From positions 39,805-103,804 of IMG/VR virus record IMGVR_UViG_3300020172_002676: DNA of 64,000 bases; one strand, written 5' to 3'. The stretch is from a virus. The notes beneath the pieces were generated by a model. The model did no database searches. It saw only the letters and a list, made by a program, of their open reading frames with translations, and was not told the origin of the DNA. The translations under genes were made by a program, and so were the position numbers. Of the stretch, positions 10,155 to 19,693 are shown in pieces; within the stretch, counting starts at the first letter, position 1; each line of letters begins with the position of its first letter.

Positions 10155-10667
10155 TTATATTCCTCTAAATTCGTTTTCGCTAACAAATGTTGCCATTATG
10201 GTACGATAAAAAGATTTATAGCCTCCATAACTGTGTTTGTTATCTGAAACAACAAGACCATCATCACTTACAACATAATACCTTACTCTATCTTCCGTTT
10301 CATAATATCCAAAATAATCACCCATATAAATATTAACCCCCATATCATCAAGTGTTTTTTGATAGATAGAAAATTTCATATTACCTGGTTCTAGTTGTTC
10401 AACTTTTGAATTACCAAGAAATTTATTTTGTGGTGCCATAACTTGAACTAACCCATTTAATTCAATTGGTGCCAAAAATTGAATACCATCTTCCAATACT
10501 TCACCATAAACATCATCAACTTTAGTTCTATATCTGTCAACACGGTATAATATAACTTTGAAGTTCATATCGCCCTCCAGCCACTGCCTTCCCATATCAA
10601 TGTCTAAATTAAAATCTTCTCCACCGAAGAACATACCTAATCTTGTTATTGGAACTAATTTCTGCAT
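10155..10667 (-). CDS. Neck/head-closure protein (gp14-like, putative)
   Basis: VILYRVD...DDVYGE motif, beta-rich, gene context. Confidence 0.55.
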   Translation of the reverse strand: MQKLVPITRLGMFFGGEDFNLDIDMGRQWLEGDMNFKVILYRVDRYRTKVDDVYGEVLEDGIQFLAPIELNGLVQVMAPQNKFLGNSKVEQLEPGNMKFSIYQKTLDDMGVNIYMGDYFGYYETEDRVRYYVVSDDGLVVSDNKHSYGGYKSFYRTIMATFVSENEFRGI

Positions 10668-10771
10668 ATTAATTTTTTGTTTGTTTATTATAATATAATT
10701 GTGATGTGATTTTCATATATTGATAAATACTTTATTTTTACTTATATTTAAAGCAAAGTTTTTATTAAAGA

Positions 10772-12523
10772 ATGGAAATAAGTTTAGAGTCCAAAGCGAT
10801 GGCGATTCTTGAGACCTATGAAGGTGGTAATAACTATCTTTTAGAATTAAAACGTAAATCACAGATTAACAGAAAATTCTACCCAACAAGAAGTCAGTCG
10901 GAGTACATAATCTCATATCACGACAAACAACCAAAGGTTGCTAAGAAGTGGGTGATACTTGATGCTTATTTCGCACAGAAATTGGCAGATGATAAACTAT
11001 ACACGGAAATACCACAAAAAGTATGGGTTGAAAAACTTTTGGCGGATAAAGAAAAGGCGTTCCATATTTGGGGTAGAGTATTTGAAACTGAAGAATTTCA
11101 CGATTTTTGGTTACCAAAGGCGGCAGTCATAAAAGACAATACCGTTAAAGATGTTGTAATTGATTATGAAAAATATTCAAATAGACCCCCGCTTCCACAT
11201 CAAAAAGAAGCAATCCAAAAATTAGTAGAAAATAAGAAATTTATTTTGGCTGATGATATGGGGTTGGGCAAGACAACAACAACTATTATTGCCGCCCTTG
11301 AGGCAAATGCAAAGAAAGTTTTAATTATTTGTCCTGCAACTCTAAAAATAAATTGGAAAAGAGAAATTGAAAACTATTCTGATAAATCTATCTATATTGC
11401 TGAGGGTAAGAATTTTAGTACTGAATCTGATTATGTAATTATAAATTACGACATTATAAAAAACTTTCACGACCCAAAGAAAAAAGAGGAATCTCAAATC
11501 CTTTTAGCAAATTTTGATTTGGTTATTATTGATGAAGCACATTACATTAAGAATGGTCAAGCACAGAGAACAAAATTGATAAATGATTTTGTTAAGAATA
11601 TTGACCGACTTTGGTTATTAACGGGAACACCTATGACATCAAGACCAATGGATTATTTTAATCTATTAAGTTTGGTTGATTCTCCTGTCAGTAAGAATTG
11701 GATGGCGTATGCGGTTAGATATTGTAGTGGATATCAATTTAATGTTGGTGGAAGAAAGATTTGGAATATTACTGGAGCATCAAATTTGGATGAATTAAGA
11801 GAAAGAACATCATCAACCATCTTAAGACGATTGAAAGAAAATGTTCTTGATTTACCTGATAAAATTATCACACCAGTTTATTTAAGATTAAAATCAAAAG
11901 AATATGAAGAAGTTATGGGTGAGTATTATGATTGGTATGATAAAAACCCTGATGAATCAAAATCTTTAACCGTTCAATTTTCTAAATTGACAAAAATTAG
12001 ACAGATTATTGCCAACGAAAAAGTAACTCAAACAATTGAACTTATTGAAAATATTATTGAACAAGATAAAAAGGTAATTGTATTTTGTAACTTTACAGAA
12101 TCTTTAAACAGAATTGCTGAACATTTTGGAAAGGCTGCCGTTAAACTTGACGGGTCTATGTCCAAAGCTAGTAGACAACATAGTGTGGACGAATTTCAAG
12201 AGAACCCAAAAGTAAAAATCTTTGTTGGAAATATTAAAGCGGCAGGAGTTGGTATCACCTTAACCGCAGCTGAAGCAGTGATAATGAACGATTTATCATT
12301 CCTACCATCAGACCACGCACAATCTGAAGATAGAGCATATCGTTATGGACAAAAAAACAATGTATTAGTTTATTACCCTATATTTGAAAACACAATTGAA
12401 GGGATAATTTATGACATATTAAACAAGAAAAAACAAGTTATCGCAACGGTAATGGGAGACAATCAAAACCCCGCCGATGCCGCTGAAGAAATTTTACAAA
12501 GAATCAATGAGTTGAGATATTAA
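10772..12523 (+). CDS. SNF2-family (SMARCAL1/HARP-like) helicase
   Basis: ILADDMGLGKT, DEAH, LLTGTP, QSEDRAYRYGQ. Confidence 0.93.
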   Translation: MEISLESKAMAILETYEGGNNYLLELKRKSQINRKFYPTRSQSEYIISYHDKQPKVAKKWVILDAYFAQKLADDKLYTEIPQKVWVEKLLADKEKAFHIWGRVFETEEFHDFWLPKAAVIKDNTVKDVVIDYEKYSNRPPLPHQKEAIQKLVENKKFILADDMGLGKTTTTIIAALEANAKKVLIICPATLKINWKREIENYSDKSIYIAEGKNFSTESDYVIINYDIIKNFHDPKKKEESQILLANFDLVIIDEAHYIKNGQAQRTKLINDFVKNIDRLWLLTGTPMTSRPMDYFNLLSLVDSPVSKNWMAYAVRYCSGYQFNVGGRKIWNITGASNLDELRERTSSTILRRLKENVLDLPDKIITPVYLRLKSKEYEEVMGEYYDWYDKNPDESKSLTVQFSKLTKIRQIIANEKVTQTIELIENIIEQDKKVIVFCNFTESLNRIAEHFGKAAVKLDGSMSKASRQHSVDEFQENPKVKIFVGNIKAAGVGITLTAAEAVIMNDLSFLPSDHAQSEDRAYRYGQKNNVLVYYPIFENTIEGIIYDILNKKKQVIATVMGDNQNPADAAEEILQRINELRY

Positions 12524-12577
12524 TCAACAACGGATTATTTATATACAAAAGATAATTCAAAGATTTAAAAAAAAATG

Positions 12578-12608
12578 TTTGGAAAATCAAGAAAAAAAAA
12601 TATCTTTG
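12578..12608 (+). promoter_or_regulatory. Bacteroidota primary-sigma promoter (-33/-7)
   Basis: TTTG (12578-12581) N19 TATCTTTG (12601-12608), exact match to TTTG-N19-21-TAnnTTTG. Confidence 0.75.
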
Positions 12609-12627
12609 CAATGGATAATTCAAAATT

Positions 12628-14157
12628 ATGAAAAAAACCGAAAAAAAAATACAACAATTAGAAGTAGAAATCCTTGAAGGTCACGTTAACAAGGAAAAGG
12701 AATTGTTGATAACAGAAATGAAAAAAATAGGAATAGAAAAATTACCCTATTCTTATACAGCCCTAAAACAATTCATTGACCCAGAGACAATGGATTTTCA
12801 TTATAACAAACATTATAAAGGGTACGTAGACAAATTAAATGACGCATTGTCAAAGAAAAAAGAAGGGGATTTAGATTTAGAAAAAATTATTAAAACCATC
12901 AGTCGTTTTGATAAAAATATTAGAAATAACGCGGGGGGAGCATTTAATCACGCATTGTTTTGGAAAATGTTAACTCCAACACCAAAAAAATTGGAAGGGG
13001 AACTTTTCAAAAAAATAACAAAACAATTCAAAACATTTACGTTATTTAAAAAAGAATTTGAAAAAACCGCTAAAAATCAATTTGGTTCTGGTTGGGCTTG
13101 GTTGGTACTTACACCGAAAAATACATTAAAAATTATGGCAACTCCAAACCAAGACAATCCGTTAATGAATGTGATTGAAAATGGGGGGTTTCCATTATTA
13201 GGGTTAGATTTGTGGGAACACGCATATTATTTAAAATATAAAAATAAAAGAGATGAATACATTACAAATTTTTGGAAAGTTGTTAATTGGGAGTTTATTA
13301 CAAAGTTATACGAAATGAGAATTGAAACCAAATTATCCGAATCTATCCATATGAAACAAGTTTTAAGTGAAAGCAAATCAGAAATGTGTTCAAGGTCTGA
13401 TACCGAATACTATAAAACCCTGTTTAATGTTAACGAGGCAGTTAAGAGTACATACATGCATGGTATCAATAGAATCATTAAGGAAGTATTTAATGAGAAT
13501 TATATTGAAAAACCTGAGAATAATGAAATGTCGGGAGTTTATAATATTGAAGGAACTGGTAGGTCGGTGTTGAATAAATTAAACACAAACTACACAACTT
13601 TTTGTATCTTATTAAGAGATGTTAACCAATTCATCGCAACTTACCCAAATAAAAAACCAATTAGTTTTATTGACAAAATCCCTAAAGAACAAGTTACAGA
13701 AACTGAAAGATTTATACATGCTTTGGATTATTTTAAATTTAGAATTTTTGACAAAGAGAATTCAACATTCCATAACCTATTGAAAACATTGGCAGATAAA
13801 AATGCTGCAGGTATTAAAAGGGAAGAAATAACCGCAGCAATTATTAGACGTTATTTTGGTCCAACCGTTAAGGTTGATTTAATTGGTGGACCTGGTAATA
13901 AAAAAGATGCCATAGGTGGTATTGATTTAGAACTAACTATAGATGGAGTATTATATACCGCACAGGTGAAAAAATTTGGTCAAAAAATTATAGATAATGA
14001 TAATATTACTTTAGAAGATACGGGACAGGTTAAACCATATCGTACAGATTTAATGATTTTCCAAAGAGGTAAAAACGTTTTAATTTTTAATAAAAAACCA
14101 AGAATTATTGATGGAAAATATGTGTTTCCACCTGATTCGCTGTGGTACAGTATATAA
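12628..14157 (+). CDS. Fe/Mn superoxide dismutase fused to a C-terminal putative PD-(D/E)xK-like domain
   Basis: LPYSY.AL, HYNKH, NNAGGAFNH, FGSGWAWL, NQD, DLWEHAYY (all four metal ligands); extra ~270 aa with GIDL...AQVK. Confidence 0.85.
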   Translation: MKKTEKKIQQLEVEILEGHVNKEKELLITEMKKIGIEKLPYSYTALKQFIDPETMDFHYNKHYKGYVDKLNDALSKKKEGDLDLEKIIKTISRFDKNIRNNAGGAFNHALFWKMLTPTPKKLEGELFKKITKQFKTFTLFKKEFEKTAKNQFGSGWAWLVLTPKNTLKIMATPNQDNPLMNVIENGGFPLLGLDLWEHAYYLKYKNKRDEYITNFWKVVNWEFITKLYEMRIETKLSESIHMKQVLSESKSEMCSRSDTEYYKTLFNVNEAVKSTYMHGINRIIKEVFNENYIEKPENNEMSGVYNIEGTGRSVLNKLNTNYTTFCILLRDVNQFIATYPNKKPISFIDKIPKEQVTETERFIHALDYFKFRIFDKENSTFHNLLKTLADKNAAGIKREEITAAIIRRYFGPTVKVDLIGGPGNKKDAIGGIDLELTIDGVLYTAQVKKFGQKIIDNDNITLEDTGQVKPYRTDLMIFQRGKNVLIFNKKPRIIDGKYVFPPDSLWYSI

Positions 14158-14184
14158 ACCTAAAGTATTTGATATTTATTTGAT

Positions 14185-15297
14185 ATGTCAGTTATACCAG
14201 AACCAGAAAGGTCAAAAATTTATACAAGGATTAAACACCTATTGGGAGCCCCACTTAGAAGTGTTGAAATTGAAGATGAAATGATGGATTCTTTAATGGA
14301 ATTATCAATTCAAGATTACGAACAATATATCCAAGATTGGCTTATTGAAAGCCAATGGGTTAACTTAGTTAATCTAAACATGAGTGAAAGGTCAGTCGCA
14401 AACGCATTGATTACAAGAACTATGGATTTTGAACAACAATTTTCATATTCATATTCTAAAATCGTTGGTCTTCAAACTATGGGACCTTGGGTTCTAAAGA
14501 AAGATTATATCGTTCTTGAACAGAACAAACAAGATTATGAAATTCCTGCAGGAAGAGAAGTAAACGAACTTTTATGGTTTAGTAACCGACCATTTACCGC
14601 TTTCGGTTTAGGTGGTATTGGTGGTTTTGGTGGTGTTGGTTTAGGTGCTAGTGAAGCAGGATTTGCTCAAGCGGGTAACCAAGGTTCTTATTATATGATG
14701 TCAGGTTTTGACTATCTAATAAGAATGCAAGAAGCAAACATTATGAACAGAATTTTGGGTGGTTCATTAACATATAGAATTACAGGATTACCTGACGGAA
14801 AGAAAAACATACAATTATACAACGCACCTGGTAACAGTTTTAATTGGAATAATTATAGTGGATATGTTGGTAAAGCAGTTTGGTATTGGTATTATGATGT
14901 AACACCTGATAGTAGAGCAGATTGTTTAAAGAATAACCCTGATGTAATTAAATTACCATCAGATGTTCCTTTAGGTGAATTAAATTGGATTGATTTAAAT
15001 ACTCCCGCACAACAATGGGTTAGAAGATATTTTACAGGATACGTTAAAGAAACTTTAGGTAGAGTTAGGGGAAAATATAGTGGAAACTTAAAAACTCCAG
15101 ATTCTGAAATAATGATGGACTACACAAGTTTATTGACTGAAGGTAAGGACGAGAAAATGAAATTAGTTGAGGAATTACAATTAAGACTTGAAAGATTGCG
15201 TCCTGAAAAACAAATGGAAAAAGAAGCGTTGTTAGCTGAAAATTTAAATAAACAAATGAGATTTAGAGCAATGCCTCGTCAAATATACGTAATATAA
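14185..15297 (+). CDS. Neck protein (T4 gp13-like head-tail adaptor)
   Basis: LGAP...VEI, WVRRY....VKE.LG.VRGKYSG, EG..E...L.EEL. Confidence 0.75.
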   Translation: MSVIPEPERSKIYTRIKHLLGAPLRSVEIEDEMMDSLMELSIQDYEQYIQDWLIESQWVNLVNLNMSERSVANALITRTMDFEQQFSYSYSKIVGLQTMGPWVLKKDYIVLEQNKQDYEIPAGREVNELLWFSNRPFTAFGLGGIGGFGGVGLGASEAGFAQAGNQGSYYMMSGFDYLIRMQEANIMNRILGGSLTYRITGLPDGKKNIQLYNAPGNSFNWNNYSGYVGKAVWYWYYDVTPDSRADCLKNNPDVIKLPSDVPLGELNWIDLNTPAQQWVRRYFTGYVKETLGRVRGKYSGNLKTPDSEIMMDYTSLLTEGKDEKMKLVEELQLRLERLRPEKQMEKEALLAENLNKQMRFRAMPRQIYVI

Positions 15298-15301
15298 AAA
15301 T

Positions 15302-15637
15302 ATGACAATCATTAGAACAATACCGTCAACAAGATTAATTAACGGAGAAATATTAGAAACATCAGAAATATCAATTGTCTCTGAAACAAATTACAGAACA
15401 AACGGAGAAGAATGTGTTATTATTAGAGGTGTATCAGAATCTACCGTTATTTTGGATTCCAAAACAACTGACCACGTAGTTATTAAATCAATGACAAGGC
15501 TTACAATCAAACCAGATATCGGTAAAATTGATGAAGATTACGACGAAATTGTTGCCGATAGATATGCTTGTATTGAATTTAGATTTTGTTCAGGTAACTG
15601 GTATATTTTATCAAGTGACGGTTTAAAGAACTCCTAA
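15302..15637 (+). CDS. Hypothetical beta-rich protein, possibly structural
   Basis: 111 aa ORF coupled to neck gene. Confidence 0.55.
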   Translation: MTIIRTIPSTRLINGEILETSEISIVSETNYRTNGEECVIIRGVSESTVILDSKTTDHVVIKSMTRLTIKPDIGKIDEDYDEIVADRYACIEFRFCSGNWYILSSDGLKNS

Positions 15638-18400
15638 TTTCTCTTTCCAACCATCTTCGGCTAACTCATACATATAGTCAGAGTTAAGTCCACGTTTTTC
15701 CCAATAAGATAATTCACCTGAAGATAAAGTCATAACTTCTTCTAAATCATCTTGGTCTCCTTCACCTAACGGATAACCATTGATTAATTCACATTGTGCC
15801 GTAGTGAAAATACCCCTTTCTTGTGGGTCAGTAACAATCATTCCATTTCTTACCTCGTCTTTGAATACAACCATTAAAGGTTCCATCCTTTTATTAAATG
15901 TTGCTATTGCTCTTGGAACATTATAATCACCAGTTAAGGTGGGGTCATTATCTAAAATGTCTTTATCTAACATATAACAATTAATCATAACACCATCGGT
16001 GATAGGTTTTGATTTACCATCATTAAATAAACTAACCGCATTAGCGTCTTTAATTTGTTTTGGTGTCATCTTCTGTACATCTCCTTGAGATGATTTGTCA
16101 CCATTGTTAACATACATAATTACATCACCCAAATTCACATTCAAATTATTCTGAATGGCAAGTTCCATATGTGCCATACGACTCATACTATTACCCGATT
16201 TAGTTTTAGTTGTTAATCGTTTTTTGTAGTCATCAATACTCATCTTAACTTTTGCCCTTTGAGCAATCTTACTTAAAGCAATTTCTTTATCATAAATCTT
16301 TTGGACGTATTCATAATAATATTCAACAAACTCTTTACCATTACCTTCAAGTAATAATTTAATACCCTTATCCAAAAACTCTTCAATATACAATGGAAGT
16401 TTCTTTGACTTAATACTATTACCCGTTAGTTTAATTTTTCCTTTAGAATCCATAACAGCATAATTCTTACGAGCCAAGTTAATACACGAAGGCCAAACAC
16501 CATCCGTATCAAGAGCCATTTCACCCCTCATAAAAATATCGTTATACTCCGCAACATCTGCTTCAGGTCCATAATATTCTTTACCTAACTTCACCTTCCA
16601 ATTCAAACCACGACCAACATAAACTCGGTCTTTTGCGTCATCTGGTGTTGAAAAGTTTACACCATCCGTATCCATAACCAATGGGATATATCCTTTTGTT
16701 GTAAAGAACTTAATCATCTGACGGAGATATTGTCTACCTGTACAAGTAATCTGTTCCCCCATAAACATATCCCCCCAAGCATAAACCTGTGGTGCTGACA
16801 ACGCCCCGAACATTGAGTTAATAAAAATCTTAATTGGTAATTGTTTATTACCATATGATTCAGATTTCTTTTTATCTATCTCATAATACTCTTCGGCAAG
16901 TTGTTTGTATTTGATACGGGTATCACGGAAATATTTTAACATACCTTTCATTGCTCCCGTTACATCACAATCAGGGAATACATCGTGTACCAACTGAATA
17001 GAGGGGTATAGTGAACTAAAATCCAGTTTAAGTACATTCTTACTATAACCTACCTTTAGAAGTCGTGAGAGACCTCCTACGAAGTCAGTTTTACCTTGCT
17101 TAGCAGGAATTGCCAAACCGTGTTTGTATGACCAAGCTAACATTAACATCTTCCATAATGTTGCAGTACCCATTGTAGATACTCTCTCGTATGTTGTTGG
17201 AATCATTGCTGCAAGTAAGAAAGACCCCTGATTAAATTCATAATCAACCTTTAATGTTTCATCCAAATCGTCATCAAGATACATTTCAACCAACTTATCA
17301 CCACTTATCTTTTTATAGATACCAGGGAATTTAATATCCAAATCTTGGTAGTCAGTTGCCTTTTTGTATTTTCCGTTCTCAACATTTAACCAATAATCTT
17401 CTTTATTTAAAAACATTTTACCAATGTTTTCGTGGTCAATATATACACGGTCAGGTGCTTCTGCTTTAATATATTTGGTGATGTATTTTAACCCCGCAGA
17501 TTTAATACTTGAGTTAATCGCCTGTGCTCTACGAACCGCATGAATGATGTCAATAACATTATAACCCCAAATTGAAGTTTGAGTATATTTCTCCACCTCA
17601 TTTGCGAGTTTTAACATTCCATCTTTTCTTGTAAATGAATGTTGGGGGTGTAATGATTTACAAATCTTTTTTGGGTCAATCTTTAAAATTCTACATCTTT
17701 CAAATATCCAATGCCAATCAAAGTTTGCGGAATTGTATCCACCAATAATACTTGGTTTTAATTCATCTATAATACGGAAGAACTCAATGATTGCATTCTT
17801 TTCTTCTGCTTCATCAATACATTCAATTACTCGGTGATAACCCTTATTTGTTTTTATTCCAATCATAAAGATACGACCATCATTAGGGTCTAATGCTGTC
17901 GTTTCCAAATCCCATCCGAGTATTGTTACATCGTTATAAGATTCAAATCCTTTAAATAATCGTTTTTCTTTGGAAATTAAATATTGTTCAACAGGTGGTA
18001 AGATTATAACCCTGTCTTTGGTGTGTTCACCCCAAGGGTCACATCCACCATCTCTGAAAAATTGAACTAGTTCACGGTAACCTTTCAAAGATTTAACCAT
18101 AAATGTCATACCTTTTTCTAATCGCTCATTACCGTGAGTTTCTAATTTCTCAATCATAATACCATATTTGGTCATGGCTTCTTTTTGAGCTTCTTTGGAG
18201 TCGTTGTAAAACTTAATACCCCGTAAATCACCTACCCAAGCAAATGGGGTAAATGTATCCTTTCGTATTTCTTTTCCTTTACCAGGAATTTCTTTAATTT
18301 TATAAATGGAGTTGGATGCGTAGTCAAATTCTATCGCTACAATAAATTCTTCAGGGTCATTGCCGTGTAAGAAAGATTCAATTTCTTCGTTTGATATCAT
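15623..18400 (-). CDS. Family B DNA polymerase
   Basis: Exo DLET, YNSANFD; pol DFSSLYPS, KIFINSMFG, DTDG; no intein or intron evident. Confidence 0.95.
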   Translation of the reverse strand: MISNEEIESFLHGNDPEEFIVAIEFDYASNSIYKIKEIPGKGKEIRKDTFTPFAWVGDLRGIKFYNDSKEAQKEAMTKYGIMIEKLETHGNERLEKGMTFMVKSLKGYRELVQFFRDGGCDPWGEHTKDRVIILPPVEQYLISKEKRLFKGFESYNDVTILGWDLETTALDPNDGRIFMIGIKTNKGYHRVIECIDEAEEKNAIIEFFRIIDELKPSIIGGYNSANFDWHWIFERCRILKIDPKKICKSLHPQHSFTRKDGMLKLANEVEKYTQTSIWGYNVIDIIHAVRRAQAINSSIKSAGLKYITKYIKAEAPDRVYIDHENIGKMFLNKEDYWLNVENGKYKKATDYQDLDIKFPGIYKKISGDKLVEMYLDDDLDETLKVDYEFNQGSFLLAAMIPTTYERVSTMGTATLWKMLMLAWSYKHGLAIPAKQGKTDFVGGLSRLLKVGYSKNVLKLDFSSLYPSIQLVHDVFPDCDVTGAMKGMLKYFRDTRIKYKQLAEEYYEIDKKKSESYGNKQLPIKIFINSMFGALSAPQVYAWGDMFMGEQITCTGRQYLRQMIKFFTTKGYIPLVMDTDGVNFSTPDDAKDRVYVGRGLNWKVKLGKEYYGPEADVAEYNDIFMRGEMALDTDGVWPSCINLARKNYAVMDSKGKIKLTGNSIKSKKLPLYIEEFLDKGIKLLLEGNGKEFVEYYYEYVQKIYDKEIALSKIAQRAKVKMSIDDYKKRLTTKTKSGNSMSRMAHMELAIQNNLNVNLGDVIMYVNNGDKSSQGDVQKMTPKQIKDANAVSLFNDGKSKPITDGVMINCYMLDKDILDNDPTLTGDYNVPRAIATFNKRMEPLMVVFKDEVRNGMIVTDPQERGIFTTAQCELINGYPLGEGDQDDLEEVMTLSSGELSYWEKRGLNSDYMYELAEDGWKEKLGVL

Positions 18401-18487
18401 AATATTTTTTCGTTGGTGTATTAGCTTTCACATAAAGTGAAGTTTACCTTCTACGATAAATATAAAATAAAAAAATGAATAATCAAA

Positions 18488-18865
18488 TTAACAACATGCC
18501 GTTTCTGAAATAAAACTTGGTTGAATATTAATATATAATTCTTCTCTTAATGGTAAAATAAGAGTTCCCTCGTCATTTTTAATTAAGAATTGACCCGTGT
18601 ATCTACCAGGTGTGTTTGTATCTCTTGAAGTAAATTTAAAATAAATATAATATTCTGTTGGTGCTCCTTCAGGTAATATAAGGGAAGTAATAGACGCAGG
18701 GGCAGAAACAATTTTAGGAATTCCCGTTTCCACGTTAATCATAGTAAAGAATATTGTAGAAACTTCTAAGTCCTGCATTAATTGAAGATAACCTGCTCTA
18801 CCGTCTTTCACCACTTGGAGTTTAAGAACTGGAAGTGTTGCGTTTTGTTTAATGAAAAATTCCAT
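18488..18865 (-). CDS. BppU-N-like Ig-fold structural protein (putative)
   Basis: FFIKQN.TLP.L, YF.F...DT..PG.Y.G.F pattern. Confidence 0.5.
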   Translation of the reverse strand: MEFFIKQNATLPVLKLQVVKDGRAGYLQLMQDLEVSTIFFTMINVETGIPKIVSAPASITSLILPEGAPTEYYIYFKFTSRDTNTPGRYTGQFLIKNDEGTLILPLREELYINIQPSFISETACC

Positions 18866-18936
18866 AACAATAAATATATTGTATGTTTATTTTATATTAG
18901 TGAAACTTTTACTATATTTATAGATATTTATATTAT

Positions 18937-19092
18937 ATGGGAAGACCAAAAAAACAAGAAAAAGATTGTAAAATTAAATTTGGAATTAGTTTAGACCGAG
19001 AATTATTTGATAAGATGGTTAAAGATAAGACCAAAAAATCATCATTAATAAATAAATTATTAAGAGAGTATTATGGAAAAAAAGATTTGTAG
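18937..19092 (+). CDS. Small RHH-type DNA-binding protein (51 aa, not in ORF track)
   Basis: MGRPKKQEKDCKIKFGISLDRELFDKMVKDKTKKSSLINKLLREYYGKKDL; overlaps HNH start; TATTTAT 5 nt upstream. Confidence 0.7.
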   Translation: MGRPKKQEKDCKIKFGISLDRELFDKMVKDKTKKSSLINKLLREYYGKKDL

Positions 19093-19693
19093 TAAATGTA
19101 AAATTGAAAAAGATGTTTGCGAGTTTAATAAAAAATTAATTAGTAATAAAGGAATTCAATATTATAAAAGTTGGTGTAAGAATTGTCAATCTGAGGAAGA
19201 TAAATCTAAAAGATTATTGAACCCTGAAAAATATAAAATATGGTATGATAAAACTCGTAAAGAACGCAACGAGCACAGGTCAGAATATTATCAACATAAT
19301 AAAGAAAAAATTTTAATACAAAATAAAAAGTATAAGGGAGTTAATAGTGTTAATCGTAAAAAAAAATATGATAAAGATATTTTATTCAAATTAAGACATA
19401 GATTAAGTTGTAGACTTAGAGAAGTATTAAAATTTAAAACATTAATAAAAAACAAAACTCATAATGAAGTTATGGGTTGTTCTTCGGAATTCCTTAAAGA
19501 ATATTTAGAAAAACAATTCACAGAAAAAATGTCTTGGGAAAATCATGGATTTTATGGTTGGCATATAGACCATATCGTTCCATTATCATCGGCGAAAACA
19601 GAAGAAGAAGTTTATAAACTTTGTCATTATACAAATCTTCAACCACTATGGGCTGAAGATAATTTGAAAAAGGGAGATAAGATTTTATTTTAA
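19073..19693 (+). mobile_element. Free-standing HNH homing endonuclease
   Basis: N-term CxxC...CxxC, C-term MSWENHG..WHIDHIVPL...HYTNLQPLW..DNL.K. Confidence 0.85.

Noticed and set aside
10669-10716. 15-aa uORF MKITSQLYYNKQTKN before the neck gene
   Set aside because: Too short to support; could be chance or a gene remnant
18782-18994. 70-aa plus-strand ORF in the track
   Set aside because: Overlaps 18488..18865 antisense; the RHH ORF 18937..19092 in another frame explains the region better
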